Below, one piece after another: positions 27,666 to 39,400 of a stretch of 64,000 nt of DNA. Numbering within the stretch: the first letter of the stretch is position 1; the number at the start of each line of letters is the position of its first letter. The position numbers and the translations under genes are program-made. The notes beneath the pieces were generated by a model, which was not told the origin of the DNA, made no database searches, and saw only the letters and a program-made list of their open reading frames with translations. Origin of the DNA: a virus (lineage: Duplodnaviria > Caudoviricetes); the IMG/VR virus record IMGVR_UViG_3300012662_000015, positions 15,987-79,986 of that record; one strand, given 5' to 3'.

Positions 27666-30600
27666 ATGGCTAAATGGTGCATATACGACAAGAACGGCAA
27701 TGTGATACACGAGAGCGTCACGGAGTACAACGGAGATGGGGACGTTGTCGTTCAAGACACTATTGAATATAGCGGGAAATGGATGGGTGAGTGTTATGTC
27801 ACCGTATCCATAAAATCACCATATCCGATAAATTTCCAAATCGGTGATTATATCATATACAGAAACGAGAAGTTTGTTCTTGACGGCGACCCGTCGGTTG
27901 TCAAGAAGTCAAGGCGCGGAACATACGGTGAAGGTTTCGTATACGATAGTATCAAGTTCAACTCCCTGTCTGGCGAGCTTACGCAGATGCGTTTCCACGA
28001 CTGGGTGCTTTCAGACTGTCAGCTGCACTATACATCGTTGCCTTCCTTCTCGTTCTATTGCAAGGATGTTGACGACCTTGCTGACCGTCTTCAGGCCAAT
28101 ACGGACAGATGGTGCAAGGCCAACGGTTACGCCAAGGAAGACTACTGGGTGTTCTATACGCTTAGAAACAACACAAGCACAGGGACGTCTGACGCCGGCC
28201 AATCACAAACCTTTTACGAGCGCACCTTACAACGCGCCAAAGATATTTCAGATGACGAACAGTTTCTTGCGTCGGTCAAGTCTAACTGGGAGAAAGCTTA
28301 TGGAATAGGTTCCGCTTATTCTGACAGCCGAGACGATGAGCGTTATGACAGGACTTTGAGCGCCAGTAGCCAAACCGTTTGGGATATGATGTCCTCCATC
28401 AAGCAGCAGTTTGGTTTAAACTTCATCATCAGAGGCCGCAATGTGTATATTGGTATGTCGGGAATACCGACAGACCACATATTTAAATACGGGAAAGGCA
28501 ATGGACTATATGAGGTTGATAAGAACGCGGAGCAAGACCAATCTGTCGTAACAAAGCTTCACGCATACGGAAGCGACCAAAACCTTCCGACACGATACTA
28601 TGCCGAGATAGCTTCCGTACCTTACGCAAAGGTGAAATCCATCTACTTGAAAGATGACGTGGACGAGACATCATCTGTAGTCATGGCGCAAGTCATTCTT
28701 GATTTGAAATGGTCGGATAAATACTTTAACAACGTCATAGACCAGTCGCAATCAGATAGTGACGTCTGGCTTGTCGGCCTGCGCGTTAGCGATATTGAAG
28801 TAAATGGCAGGGTGTTTCCGAATGGGGAGGATTTGTACCTGACTGTTGGGTATAACGAAAAATCTTCCGCTCCAGACAATAATGTCGGCAACAAAGAAAA
28901 TGCGTTGGCGTTTATTAGATCGGTTGCTGTCAATGAAACGATAGAGTTCACGAGCGGAGTGAATAAGGACTCATTCCCATCAGACCACAAGAATTACCCG
29001 TCTGCGCAAAGCCTGCCGAACAACATGGCTGTTAACAGTCTTATGCTTCCAGGATTCCCGACCTATGCGCTCTCGGACCTTTGTAAAAGCGAATATGACA
29101 GTGAGAAAGACGTTACGAGATACTATATCCGTAAGGCAGACAAAGGGGAAGATTGGATAAACTTTCATGAAGAGAGCGGAAAGCATATCGTGACATTCTC
29201 TGACAACCGGCACGATCCGTATATCCTATCCATGAACGCTGAAAAAATCGGCATCAAGGAAGGTGACATCTCGTGCACGGAGGAGAACGACGACAACGGC
29301 CTTGAAAAGGTATATCCGACCATCGAGAAGATGACCGGCGTTGACGCAGGCTTGTCTACAACAAGCAGGCTTGATGAAATCGCTGCTGCGGATGTCATAG
29401 ACGACAACGGAGCGTTTCCGACGGACTACAAGGAAGAAAACATCAGCGGTTTTAAGGTATACCTTCCAAACCTCGGCTTTGACCTGAGGCAGGCGGCAAA
29501 GGATGCCGGTGGGTCAGATATGAAAATCAGCATGAAGGACGGTTTTTGCGGAGGCCGCACTTTTGACGTTGCGCAGGCAAACTACAAGGAAGGCAAGTGG
29601 GTGTTGGACTGCAAGCGTTCTCATGATGAAGCATTAGACCTGTGGTTTCCATATTCTTACGCCAAGTCTGTAAGCAACGTTGATCCGTCTATGGCTAATG
29701 CGTACCAGATACGAGAGGGAGACCATTATGTCATCACTGGAATTTCGGTCAGCGATGTCAATTATGTTTGGGCCGCAAGCGTAAGACTACTTAGAAAGGC
29801 CGTTCATTGGCTATGCAAAAACGATTATACAAAAAATACATACTCGCCGAAGATAGACGAGATATATATGGCCCGAGAAGCAGAATCCGCTAAGAAACTC
29901 GGGAAGGATAGCCTTCATGATACCATCAAAGAAGGCGACATGCTTATATTCCAAGATGAAGACTTGTTGCTCGACGGTAAAGTGTTTATCGATCAGCTTG
30001 GAATAAAAGAGAACGGGAACAACGGGATACCGACCTATGAAGTAACGCTTCGAGACGAGGTTACTATCGGGACCATTGAACGCATACAGAATAAAGTAGA
30101 TTCAATTGCGAACGATGTAAAGACAGGTAACGTCGGAGGCGGTCTCACAAGTGCTTCCCAAGTAGAATCGCTCATCAGGGCATATGGGTCTACGCTCTAC
30201 CTCTCCAAGCAGCAGGCGGACACGGCGAAGGGACGCATCACGTTTGAACAGGGGCTCACGTCGGACGGAGACGCGGACATCAATGGAGACGAGAGGGTCG
30301 GTGGTGACGAGCGCGTGGAAGGCAACGCAGAGGTAGGCAAAGACCTCGGCGTGCATGGTGACGCGACTGTTGACGGCAACCTCAACGTGGGTGGCGAGAC
30401 ATATCTGAAAGACCTCACAGTATCGGGTTCGGCTCACTTCTTTGAGCTTGTGATAGACAAGATCAAGGCGGCTGGCGGCACATACATCTTCTCTGCGGCC
30501 AACTCGTTCAATGTGGACAGGGCGGTTGCCGGCAACAATGTGGTGCGCCTCTACTGGCTGGCCGAGAATGGCGGCAAGGGAAGCATGAACACGTGGGAGG

Positions 30601-32696
30601 TGGGCGATCAGGCCATCAGCATGGATTTCAACCGTGCGAAGGTTGGCGAGACCTTCAGCGCGAGCAACAAGTATTGGTGGGCGTTGGTCACGGCGACAAG
30701 CGGAGATACGCCCGAGAGTGTGGAAGAGGAGAACGGCACCAAGCATCTGTACCACTGGATAGAGGTCAGCACGTTGGAGAAGGCTGACGGATGTACCGTG
30801 GAAGCGGAGGCGGGCGATGCCGTGGCGCAATGGGGAAGCCGTAGCGCAGACAAGAAACGACAGGCCGCTCAGATGATTGCCGCCTACAAGTCGCCCGACA
30901 CAGGTGTGGAAGCTCCTTGCTGGGTGCAGTACGTAGGTATCAACTCTTTCACCATCACCGAGGACAACCGTCTCAATCGCGTGGCCTACAACGGTAATGT
31001 CTTCAAGGGGGCTTTTGTCGCGACAAGCGAGGGCGAGCAAGGGCGTGACCTGCTCGAATGGTTGGAAAGCCTTCAACGCGAGAATGACACGCACTTCGAC
31101 ATCTGGTATGGTGACGAGGTACCCTCCCTGGAGAACGAGCCTGCCGTAGAGTGGACGACGGACAGCAAGAAGGCCGAGCACGTGGACGACCTCTATTTCG
31201 ACCGCTCGGACACGGCGAAGAGCGACGGCGGCCACTGCTACCGCTTTGTCGCAACAACCAAAGACAGCCTTACGACTTACACCTGGGAGGACTATACCGA
31301 CCACGACACGCTGAAAGCCCTCACCAAGGCGCAGAACATCGCTGACGACGGGGTTGTCACCGCAGGGACGGAGAAGATGCAGCTGCTCATCACGCTCAAG
31401 AACATGCAGTCGGAGTTCTCTTCCTTCAGCGAGCCGACGACCGATAGCTCCGTTAGCTACACGCAGGCCTACGGGGCGTACAAGAAGGCCTATAACAACT
31501 TCGTGTCGGCAACGCAGGATATCGTGAGCGACGCTAATATCGGCAAGGACACCATCCTGTCCGACATCGGCCTTACGTCAGAGAGTTACGTGAACCTTTA
31601 CTACAACTACTACTCCACGCTCGGCAAGATGCTCGAAGCCAGCGAGGCCAGCATCAAGGCGAGCATCAGCACGATAGGCGGCAGGATAGAGATGGCCGTC
31701 ACGAAGAACGGCTTGAAGACCGCAGGCATGACGGTGGAGGACGAGCACATAACGCTTGATGCCAAGAAGACGACTGTCAAAGGCGACCTCACCGTGCAGG
31801 GGGCCATCACGGACAGCACAAGCTATGTGGGCATGGACGGCTCCTTGTGGTCTCCCAATGAGGTAGGCGAGTTGGAGAAGTCTTCCGCCAACCTCTTGGT
31901 GGGCGACGGCAATACCCTCTTTGTGCCCGTTGATATGTCCACCATCAAGAGCGTGCAGATACAGACCGCAGACCCGTCACTTGTTTCAGACGGCAATCCT
32001 ACCAACGCAAGCACGGCGCTCGTGACGCTCCCGATGTATGACGCGGTGGATCTCGGTTGTGGCGTGACGATGCCTGCATACCGTCGGTCGGGCACGCACG
32101 TGCTTGTCCGCAACGCCTTCTCGCTGTCCTACAACCAGTGGAGCAAGGGTGACGGATGGACAAACGGAGACCTGCGGAGAAACATCACCTCTGCCGCAGT
32201 CTACATCTGCACAGACCCTCGCACGTTGGCGTTAAGCAACTACTCGGCTTCCGCTCCTGCCATCACCGCTGACGGACGTGGCGACGGCGGAGCGACGGCC
32301 GACTACTTCAAAGGCTGCATGTCGCTCAACGGGAGACGTGGGAGGTGGCTTGTCCTGCTTCCAGGCCAGCAGGTGGAGCTTGTATCAGTCATCACCATGT
32401 GGCAGACGGGCACCAATACGCCCGTGCCCTACCTGTCATGGTATGTTGCAGGCGGTGACGGGATGGACTGGTTGGAGAAGACCGTCTCTTTCCGTCCCGA
32501 CGGCACGGGCTACACCGAATACGATGCCGTGTTTCGCTCGGCCGTTACAGGAGGCGAGCATTTCGGCATCGGGGGTATCGACAAGTACGCGGACGCTTTC
32601 TTCGGCTACCCGAAGTTGAGCGACGCGTCGAACCTCTCCGAGCAGGTCGTGGTGACACTCTCGGCAGACAGCAAGCCTTACATCACAATCGAATAG
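27666..32696 (+). CDS. tail tip / baseplate hub protein with fibre-like C-terminal half
   Basis: 1676 aa; hub-like N-terminus (VVTKLHAYGSDQNLP); beta-helix-like repeats near aa 860-910. Confidence 0.75.
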   Translation: MAKWCIYDKNGNVIHESVTEYNGDGDVVVQDTIEYSGKWMGECYVTVSIKSPYPINFQIGDYIIYRNEKFVLDGDPSVVKKSRRGTYGEGFVYDSIKFNSLSGELTQMRFHDWVLSDCQLHYTSLPSFSFYCKDVDDLADRLQANTDRWCKANGYAKEDYWVFYTLRNNTSTGTSDAGQSQTFYERTLQRAKDISDDEQFLASVKSNWEKAYGIGSAYSDSRDDERYDRTLSASSQTVWDMMSSIKQQFGLNFIIRGRNVYIGMSGIPTDHIFKYGKGNGLYEVDKNAEQDQSVVTKLHAYGSDQNLPTRYYAEIASVPYAKVKSIYLKDDVDETSSVVMAQVILDLKWSDKYFNNVIDQSQSDSDVWLVGLRVSDIEVNGRVFPNGEDLYLTVGYNEKSSAPDNNVGNKENALAFIRSVAVNETIEFTSGVNKDSFPSDHKNYPSAQSLPNNMAVNSLMLPGFPTYALSDLCKSEYDSEKDVTRYYIRKADKGEDWINFHEESGKHIVTFSDNRHDPYILSMNAEKIGIKEGDISCTEENDDNGLEKVYPTIEKMTGVDAGLSTTSRLDEIAAADVIDDNGAFPTDYKEENISGFKVYLPNLGFDLRQAAKDAGGSDMKISMKDGFCGGRTFDVAQANYKEGKWVLDCKRSHDEALDLWFPYSYAKSVSNVDPSMANAYQIREGDHYVITGISVSDVNYVWAASVRLLRKAVHWLCKNDYTKNTYSPKIDEIYMAREAESAKKLGKDSLHDTIKEGDMLIFQDEDLLLDGKVFIDQLGIKENGNNGIPTYEVTLRDEVTIGTIERIQNKVDSIANDVKTGNVGGGLTSASQVESLIRAYGSTLYLSKQQADTAKGRITFEQGLTSDGDADINGDERVGGDERVEGNAEVGKDLGVHGDATVDGNLNVGGETYLKDLTVSGSAHFFELVIDKIKAAGGTYIFSAANSFNVDRAVAGNNVVRLYWLAENGGKGSMNTWEVGDQAISMDFNRAKVGETFSASNKYWWALVTATSGDTPESVEEENGTKHLYHWIEVSTLEKADGCTVEAEAGDAVAQWGSRSADKKRQAAQMIAAYKSPDTGVEAPCWVQYVGINSFTITEDNRLNRVAYNGNVFKGAFVATSEGEQGRDLLEWLESLQRENDTHFDIWYGDEVPSLENEPAVEWTTDSKKAEHVDDLYFDRSDTAKSDGGHCYRFVATTKDSLTTYTWEDYTDHDTLKALTKAQNIADDGVVTAGTEKMQLLITLKNMQSEFSSFSEPTTDSSVSYTQAYGAYKKAYNNFVSATQDIVSDANIGKDTILSDIGLTSESYVNLYYNYYSTLGKMLEASEASIKASISTIGGRIEMAVTKNGLKTAGMTVEDEHITLDAKKTTVKGDLTVQGAITDSTSYVGMDGSLWSPNEVGELEKSSANLLVGDGNTLFVPVDMSTIKSVQIQTADPSLVSDGNPTNASTALVTLPMYDAVDLGCGVTMPAYRRSGTHVLVRNAFSLSYNQWSKGDGWTNGDLRRNITSAAVYICTDPRTLALSNYSASAPAITADGRGDGGATADYFKGCMSLNGRRGRWLVLLPGQQVELVSVITMWQTGTNTPVPYLSWYVAGGDGMDWLEKTVSFRPDGTGYTEYDAVFRSAVTGGEHFGIGGIDKYADAFFGYPKLSDASNLSEQVVVTLSADSKPYITIE

Positions 32697-32701
32697 CAGT
32701 C

Positions 32702-32977
32702 ATGGCAGAGAATATCAACATAGTTATCGGCAATGTGGTGCGCCAAGGAGGTGTGGCCCGTGTGCGCGTGTCGTGGCCGACAAGCACGGTCAACAAGCTA
32801 CAGGTGAACGAATGGCCCGTACTGCTCAACGCCCTGACCAAGACCGCATACGCCGACGCGACAAAGAACAACGGCTTCACCTACACTTTTCCTTTTGCCC
32901 TGTCCAAGGGTACTGGCTTCCCTTATTGCCTGCCCATGGAACTCGAAGAGGAGGTGGCAGTGGCCGTGCTCGGATAA
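32702..32977 (+). CDS. small tail-associated protein
   Basis: 91-aa ORF with FTYTFPF motif, in operon. Confidence 0.6.
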   Translation: MAENINIVIGNVVRQGGVARVRVSWPTSTVNKLQVNEWPVLLNALTKTAYADATKNNGFTYTFPFALSKGTGFPYCLPMELEEEVAVAVLG

Positions 32978-33001
32978 ATAACCTACTAAAGATATACGGA
33001 T

Positions 33002-33220
33002 ATGGCATTGAACATCAAGAACAAGAATACAGGTGACTTGCTCACAGCCACGGAGTTTAACATGCTGGTGCAGGCAGTCAAGAACAACGAGACGGACATC
33101 GCCTCGCTGGGCGACAATGCGGTGAAGATGGTGGCCCTCACGCAGACCGAATACGACAAGATGGTGACGGACGGCACGCTCGACGCCAATACTTACTACA
33201 ACATCTTGGAGGAGGAGTAA
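33002..33220 (+). CDS. small tail-associated protein
   Basis: KNTGDLLTATEFN...LTQTEYD...DANTYYNI motifs. Confidence 0.65.
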   Translation: MALNIKNKNTGDLLTATEFNMLVQAVKNNETDIASLGDNAVKMVALTQTEYDKMVTDGTLDANTYYNILEEE

Positions 33221-33224
33221 GCGT

Positions 33225-33401
33225 ATGATCATCAAGCAAGGCAAAGAACTATCCGCCCGCTACCTCGGCACTAAGGCTATTGAAGCCGTGTACCATGGCG
33301 CGGTGCTCGTGTGGGAGGCTATCTCCTCCTGCTTTGGCAGCGGCATGTGGATAAACGAACGTCCGTGGAGCAACGCCGACGGATGGAGGAACGACAAGTA
33401 G
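33225..33401 (+). CDS. 58-aa tail-associated protein
   Basis: Hand translation MIIKQGKELSARYLGTKAIEAVYHGAVLVWEAISSCFGSGMWINERPWSNADGWRNDK; fills the gap between neighbours. Confidence 0.65.
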   Translation: MIIKQGKELSARYLGTKAIEAVYHGAVLVWEAISSCFGSGMWINERPWSNADGWRNDK

Positions 33402-33424
33402 AACAAAGAAAAACGAAGATATAT

Positions 33425-36400
33425 ATGGCAAAGAAAACATCACCTAACAACATCACGTCGCTCACCGACGACTGGGCGAACGATGCAGCGAACGGCTTGC
33501 CTTTCAGCGGCCAGGCCGTGCAGGACTTCATCAAGAAGCAGTTCGGCTCGAAGGTCGGCACATGGTGCTGGTCGCCAACCGTTGACGCAAGCAACTTCTA
33601 TCACATCTGGGGTTTCGCCACGGAGGCCGACAAGCAGGCTTATCTCGCTGACCCCGACGGCAACGCTTCGCTCCTGTTGGCCAACGAGGCCTTGCCTATC
33701 TCCACCGTGCAGGGCGACAGCTACGGAGCGTACCTGTTCACCGACGCAGGCGTGGCAACCGACTATGTGGTGAGTGGCGACAAGATGACCGTCAACCTCC
33801 GCTTCTCCGCCGTGCGCAACTCGAGCGGTGACCGATTGAACGTGGGCGTGCCGGGCACGCTGGTCATCCAGCGCAAGACGGCATCATCGGACTGGACGAC
33901 CGTGGAGACGCGCAAGGATGTGCTGACGAGCACCGACTATGCCGACACGACGGCCTACACGTCTGTTGACATCGGTTCGGCGCTGAAGTCGGGTGCGCAA
34001 CAAATCCGCATCCGCGCCTACTACACCTATGAGGCGGACGACGGCTCGCAGAAGACGGCCACCTCCACGTATGTGTCCATCGGCGGCTCTATCACCAAGA
34101 CAACGCTCGACCTGGAGTGCCAGCAGAACTGGCAGACACCGATACTGGCAAGCGTCTATGCGGAGCGTGGCTTCCCCATCAGCTACATGGTCTACGGTGC
34201 CGTTCCGAAGACGCTTCATGTGGAAATCACGGGGGGCAACGGCAAGGCACTGGCCGCAGACTATCCTCTGTCGGCAGACCAGGATTCGGCCACCGTCTCC
34301 AAGAGCATCACCGACGCAACGGACACCTACAAGCTCTTCAAGCATGGCGTGCGGACGGTGAAGGCATGGCTCACCTGCGATGACGGCATGGGCGGCACTA
34401 TCTCGTCACGTGTGCTCGTCAACCGCTTCATGGTGGTCAACCCGACCGCAGCGGCCGACAAGACCACTCCTTACCTCTTGTTGCAGAACATGGTGGGAAC
34501 GGCCGACAACTTCGCGCAAGCCGACCTCTGCCAATACTCGGTCTATTCGCCTGGGGCGGACGGCACGACTAACAACGGCTCCGACGTGACGGTGATCTTC
34601 TATCTGACTGCCTATGCCGAAAACTTTCCTGCCGACAACCCCGAGCAGTATTTCCGCATCGAGAGCACCGCGTCGCCAGGCACTCGCTACACGCTCAACA
34701 CGACTATCGAGATTGAGACGGAGGACGAGGAGCAGGCGACAATCCCTGCCTATTTCCGCGTGTGGCGCAAGGATGGTGACAGCGAGGTGAACTTCCTGCA
34801 AAGCAGCATCGGACAGGGTAATATCGTCATACAGGTGGACAACTCGGAGAGCTACGCCCCGAAGGCCGGAGCGGACTTCGTTCTCAACCCGAAGAACCGC
34901 AACAACTCGGAGGCCAACCCGAAGACCATTGTCAACGCCAAGACGGGCAAGACCGTTGACAGCACGTGGACGGGCTTCGGTCTTGTGAAGGACGGGTGGG
35001 TCACCTCTGACGTGGACGGGCAGCGTGTGCTCCGTGTGCCTGCTGGTGCAAAGCTCAACTTCAAGTACAACCCGTTTTCGCAGTTCCTCACCACACCCGA
35101 TTCGGCCTTGGAGATAGAGCTGGACTTCATGGTGCGCAACGTGACCGACGAGGACAGTCCGATCATCAGCCTCTTTGAGAACTTCTCTGCACAGGATGCC
35201 GACGGCAACACGACAACGCAGTTCCGCGGCCTGAAGATACAGCCTATCCATGGCGAGATACACACCAAATCAAACTATGTATCGTCGGAGACCGATTTCG
35301 CATGGAAGGAGGGCGAGCGGACGCACGTCTGCATCAACATCCACAATGCGGTCGCTCCCAACAAGGGTGACGCGCTGGTGCCTGCATCAAGCAGCTACGA
35401 CACGTCGGCCACCAAGATAGCCCTTGTGCGCATCTTCATCGGTGGCGAGATACGCCGCGAGTTCAAGTATTCCATCACCGATGCTGCGGAGTTCTGTACG
35501 GGTGCCATGAGCAATGGCGGTTTCACAATCGGGCAGGACGGGGCGGACATCGACATCTACTCCATCCGCATCTATCAGAACACTGCCTTGGAGGCTTCCG
35601 ACATCCTGGCCAACCACATCTCAACGCTTCCGACCACCGAAGAGAAGCGCGCCATGCGACAGGCCAACGACATCCTCACGGGCGGCAAGGTGGACTTGGA
35701 GAAGTGCCGTGCGCTGGGCAAGCGTTGCCTGGTGTGGCACGGCACGGAGCCTTACAAGGAGAATACGTCAACGCAGAGGGGCTACTGGGAGGTGTTCCAG
35801 TACGACGCTCGCGGCAATTATCTTCCCGAATATTCGGGTACGCTCTGCAAGTCGTCGGCTGCGCTGGAGACCAAGCGACAGGGTTCCACGGCAAACACCT
35901 ACTACTACTCAAATATCCAGACCAAGATGTCGGACGTGACAGAGACCATCACGGTGCCGTTGAGCGAGCTTCATAGCTCCATCACCTATGAGGTGAAGAC
36001 CGTTCAGGGCGAGGACGGCACGGAGAGCAAGGTGGTCGGCCTGAAAGGCGGTTGCCTGGGCAAGAACTTCCCGACAGCGGAGACGGCCGTGGACTACGCT
36101 TATGCGGAGGTGGACGGTGCGCCTGCGGTGGTCGTGCCCGACGGATGGGTGGACGGCAACGGCAAGTACAGGGGCGTGGGCTACATCGTGGCCGAGGGCA
36201 CGCCTATGGCGCAGAAGCTCGTCAACAAAATCAACTACGCCTCGTCCATGCAGAGCCACCTCACGGGCGTGAACAACCTCTACAACGACCTGCACAAGGC
36301 TATCGTGGGCAAGAACTCTTTGCAGGAGGCCTATCCCGAAGCTCGTGTGTCCAAGTACACGGAGCCTTTCCTCTACTTCACGCAGGCGCTCGACAGCGAC

Positions 36401-39400
36401 ACGCCTGTCTATCGTGGCCCATGCACCTTCGGAGCTGGCAAGATGGACAAGCCGACATGGGGCTATGTGAAGAAGCTCCACCCGATGTTCACCATGATTG
36501 AGGGTTCGGACAACAACTACGAGCTGACCGACATGCGCGTGCCCTTCACGTGGGGTGACGCAAGCTGCCCCGAGGCCATCACGTACAGCGCGGACGACGA
36601 GGGCTTCTTCTACAACGGCAAGCAGTGTCTTGACTTCGACGCAGGCAAGACCGACGATGATGGCACGCCCGGCCAGAAGCTCATCACGGCCATACAGGGG
36701 ACGTGGAACTTCCTCTATCTCCACTCTCCGTTCGTGAAGTATTACAAGGGCACGTTCGACGCTTTTCAGAAGTCGGACGCTGCCAAAGACACCTTCGCCA
36801 AGTATTGGTGTACGGACGGCAGCGAGGCGTACAGGCTGAAACGTTATGACTTCGCCAACAACAGATGGGTGGACGCTGGCCTGTGGGACAGCACGGCCAA
36901 GGCGTGGAAGGTGATTGACCTCCGCACGGACGAGATTACGGCTTCCACCTACCAGTCGTCGGCCAACCAGTCGGAGTATGCCGAACTCAACAAGGAGCTG
37001 TGCGGTGCCATCGTGGCGCACGCCAAGAAGTACCTCGGCTTCTACTTCCGCATCGACTCGCTGAAGCTGTACTACTCGCTCATCATCCATCTGCTGGCCG
37101 GAACGGACTCCTGCTCCAAGAACACGTACTACGTGCTTGACCCGAAGCCCGTGGAGGTGACCATCGAAGGTGAGACGCGCACCTGCTACCTCTTTGAGTT
37201 ACACACGGACGACGTGGACACGATGATGCTCATCGACAACAACGGGCGCTTCACCAAGCCTTACTACATCGACCGCATGCACCCCTATGTGGACGGCGAC
37301 ACCACCACGGAGAAGTACGAGGGCATGCACAACGTGCTCTTCACGCTCTGCGAAGACATGTGGGAAGGCACGAAGGAGCTACAGGGCATGGTCAAGCAGA
37401 TCTTCACGGCCATGGAGAAGCAGCCGTCGGAGAGCGACTATATCGAGGGCATGCCTACCACCATCTCAAAGGCTTCTGTCTACGGCTGCCTGTGGAAATA
37501 CGTATATTACGTTCACAAGTACATCCCTCAGATGGCTTTCAACGAGGCGGCGCGCATCCGCTACGAATATCCCGAGATGATCGGTTTCGTGTCCTACGGA
37601 AGCGGTGCCCGTGGCGTGAGGCCCATCACGCAGTCGAACGGCTCGCTGCTGGAGGCGGAGCTCCAGTTCATCGAGCGCAGGCTGGTGCTCATGTCCAGCT
37701 ATGCGGCGTGGGGGCCGTTTGCGGACGGCAAGACGGGCAACCTCGGCATTAGCGATGTGTCGGAGAGCTTCTCCATGCAGGCGTTCCACACGCCCGACAC
37801 GGCCAGCTCGCAGAACGACTATGCCTTCACGGTGAAGCCGCACCAGTACCTCTACCCGACGGGCATGCTCGGCCAGACGGTCATCGACCCTCACGTGCGC
37901 GTGGCTCCCGGGGAGTCCTATCGGTTGGAACTCGGAAGCACCACGTCAAACGATACGGGTATGTCGGTGAGCGGCATCAACTACTACCGTTCCATCGGCA
38001 ATGTTGGCGACCTGTCCACGACCCCCGCCAACACCATCACGGTGAACGGCAAGCGTCTGACGGAGTTTGTGGCCGAGCCGAGCAAGACCTACACGGACAG
38101 CACGACGGGCAAGCCCACTCCTGCCTTCCGTCCAGGTGCCATCGTCATATCGGCAAAGAACATCTCCAATCTTAGCCTTCGCGGATGCTCGGCGACAAGC
38201 GGAGCGATAGACCTCACGCAGCTGTCGCGACTGAAGACGGTGGACGTGCGGCAGACCAAGCTGTCTGACGTGACTTTGCCCGCTTCGCATGTCCTGTCTT
38301 CCGCCCTCTTGCCTGCCACCATCTCGTCGGTGGACGTTGAGAACCAGGAGAACCTGTCTGTCCTGCAACTGGAAGGCTACGGCAACCTCACCCGTTTTGT
38401 GGTGAAGAACAACAAGCTCGTCGACACCTTCGCCCAAGCTACGGCTTTGCTTGCCGCCAAGCCTTCGGGGTTGAAGACCGTCACCTTGACCGACCTCGCA
38501 TGGAACACGCAGGGGCGGCAGTGTAATATGGACTTGCTGATGTATCTCGCCAGCTTGAAGGCAAATTTGACGGGCATCATCTTCATGCTTGCCGCAACGT
38601 CCGACCGCGCCCTGTCGCTGGCCGACAAGGAGATGTTGTGCGCCCTCTATGGCAATATTGACTCCACGGTCAACGCTCTCTATATCAAGTATGACGTGAG
38701 GGCTATCAACAGCATCTCTATCTCGGGAGAGGCGTTTATGACCACTGCGGGCAAGGACTATCGCTTCTCCGTGGTGCCGTCGCCCGTGACGGGCAACAAT
38801 GTGGCCATCAAGGACGGACGGCTCGACATCGCATGGAGCATTGCCGATACGGCCGACAGCTACGCCCACTGGGCTGACAGCGACGGCCTGCTGCACGTGG
38901 ACAAGCTCTCCGACCCTGCCCTTGACCTCAAGCACACCATGACAGTGAAGGCTGTCACAACCAACGGCACGCTAACCGCGCAGAAGAAGGTCGGTTTCTA
39001 TCGTCACATACCCGTCGTGGGCGACTTCGCCTATGCCGACGGCACGTTTGACGGGGAGTGGGACGAGGAGCGCACGTTCATCGGGCTGGTCTTCATGCGT
39101 CTGCCCATCTACACGGGGTCGAAGATCACGGCCTATGACGTGCGCGTGGTGGCCGCCGAAGACTTGAAGATGGTATCGGGCGGCGACAATCCCATCACGT
39201 GGACGACTCACCGATGGGGCCTCTATCCCGATGACCTGAACGGATGGCTGTCGGAGGAGGCGAACATCGAGAAGGCGAGCGGAGTGAAAGACGCTTTCGA
39301 CATCGACGAGCTAAAGAACTTCTCCTCCCGATGGGGCGGTGCCAACGATTATGACGGCGGCTACCACACGGTGCCGTCGTGGGCGACGGACACGGTGCTT

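Noticed and set aside
27666-33401. Second DGR target (VR) in other tail genes
   Set aside because: No TR-like sequence was found by eye at their 3' ends; targets outside the window cannot be excluded.
33311-33424. Track start at 33311 for the large adhesin
   Set aside because: That segment overlaps the 58-aa gene 33225-33401 in another frame; the ATG at 33425 after an A-rich leader fits better.
30102-39211. Long antisense ORFs (e.g. 30102-31304, 34406-35263, 35909-37090, 37946-38935, 41333-42061, 42541-43641)
   Set aside because: They are shadow ORFs opposite GC-rich, codon-biased sense genes and have no motifs or start context.
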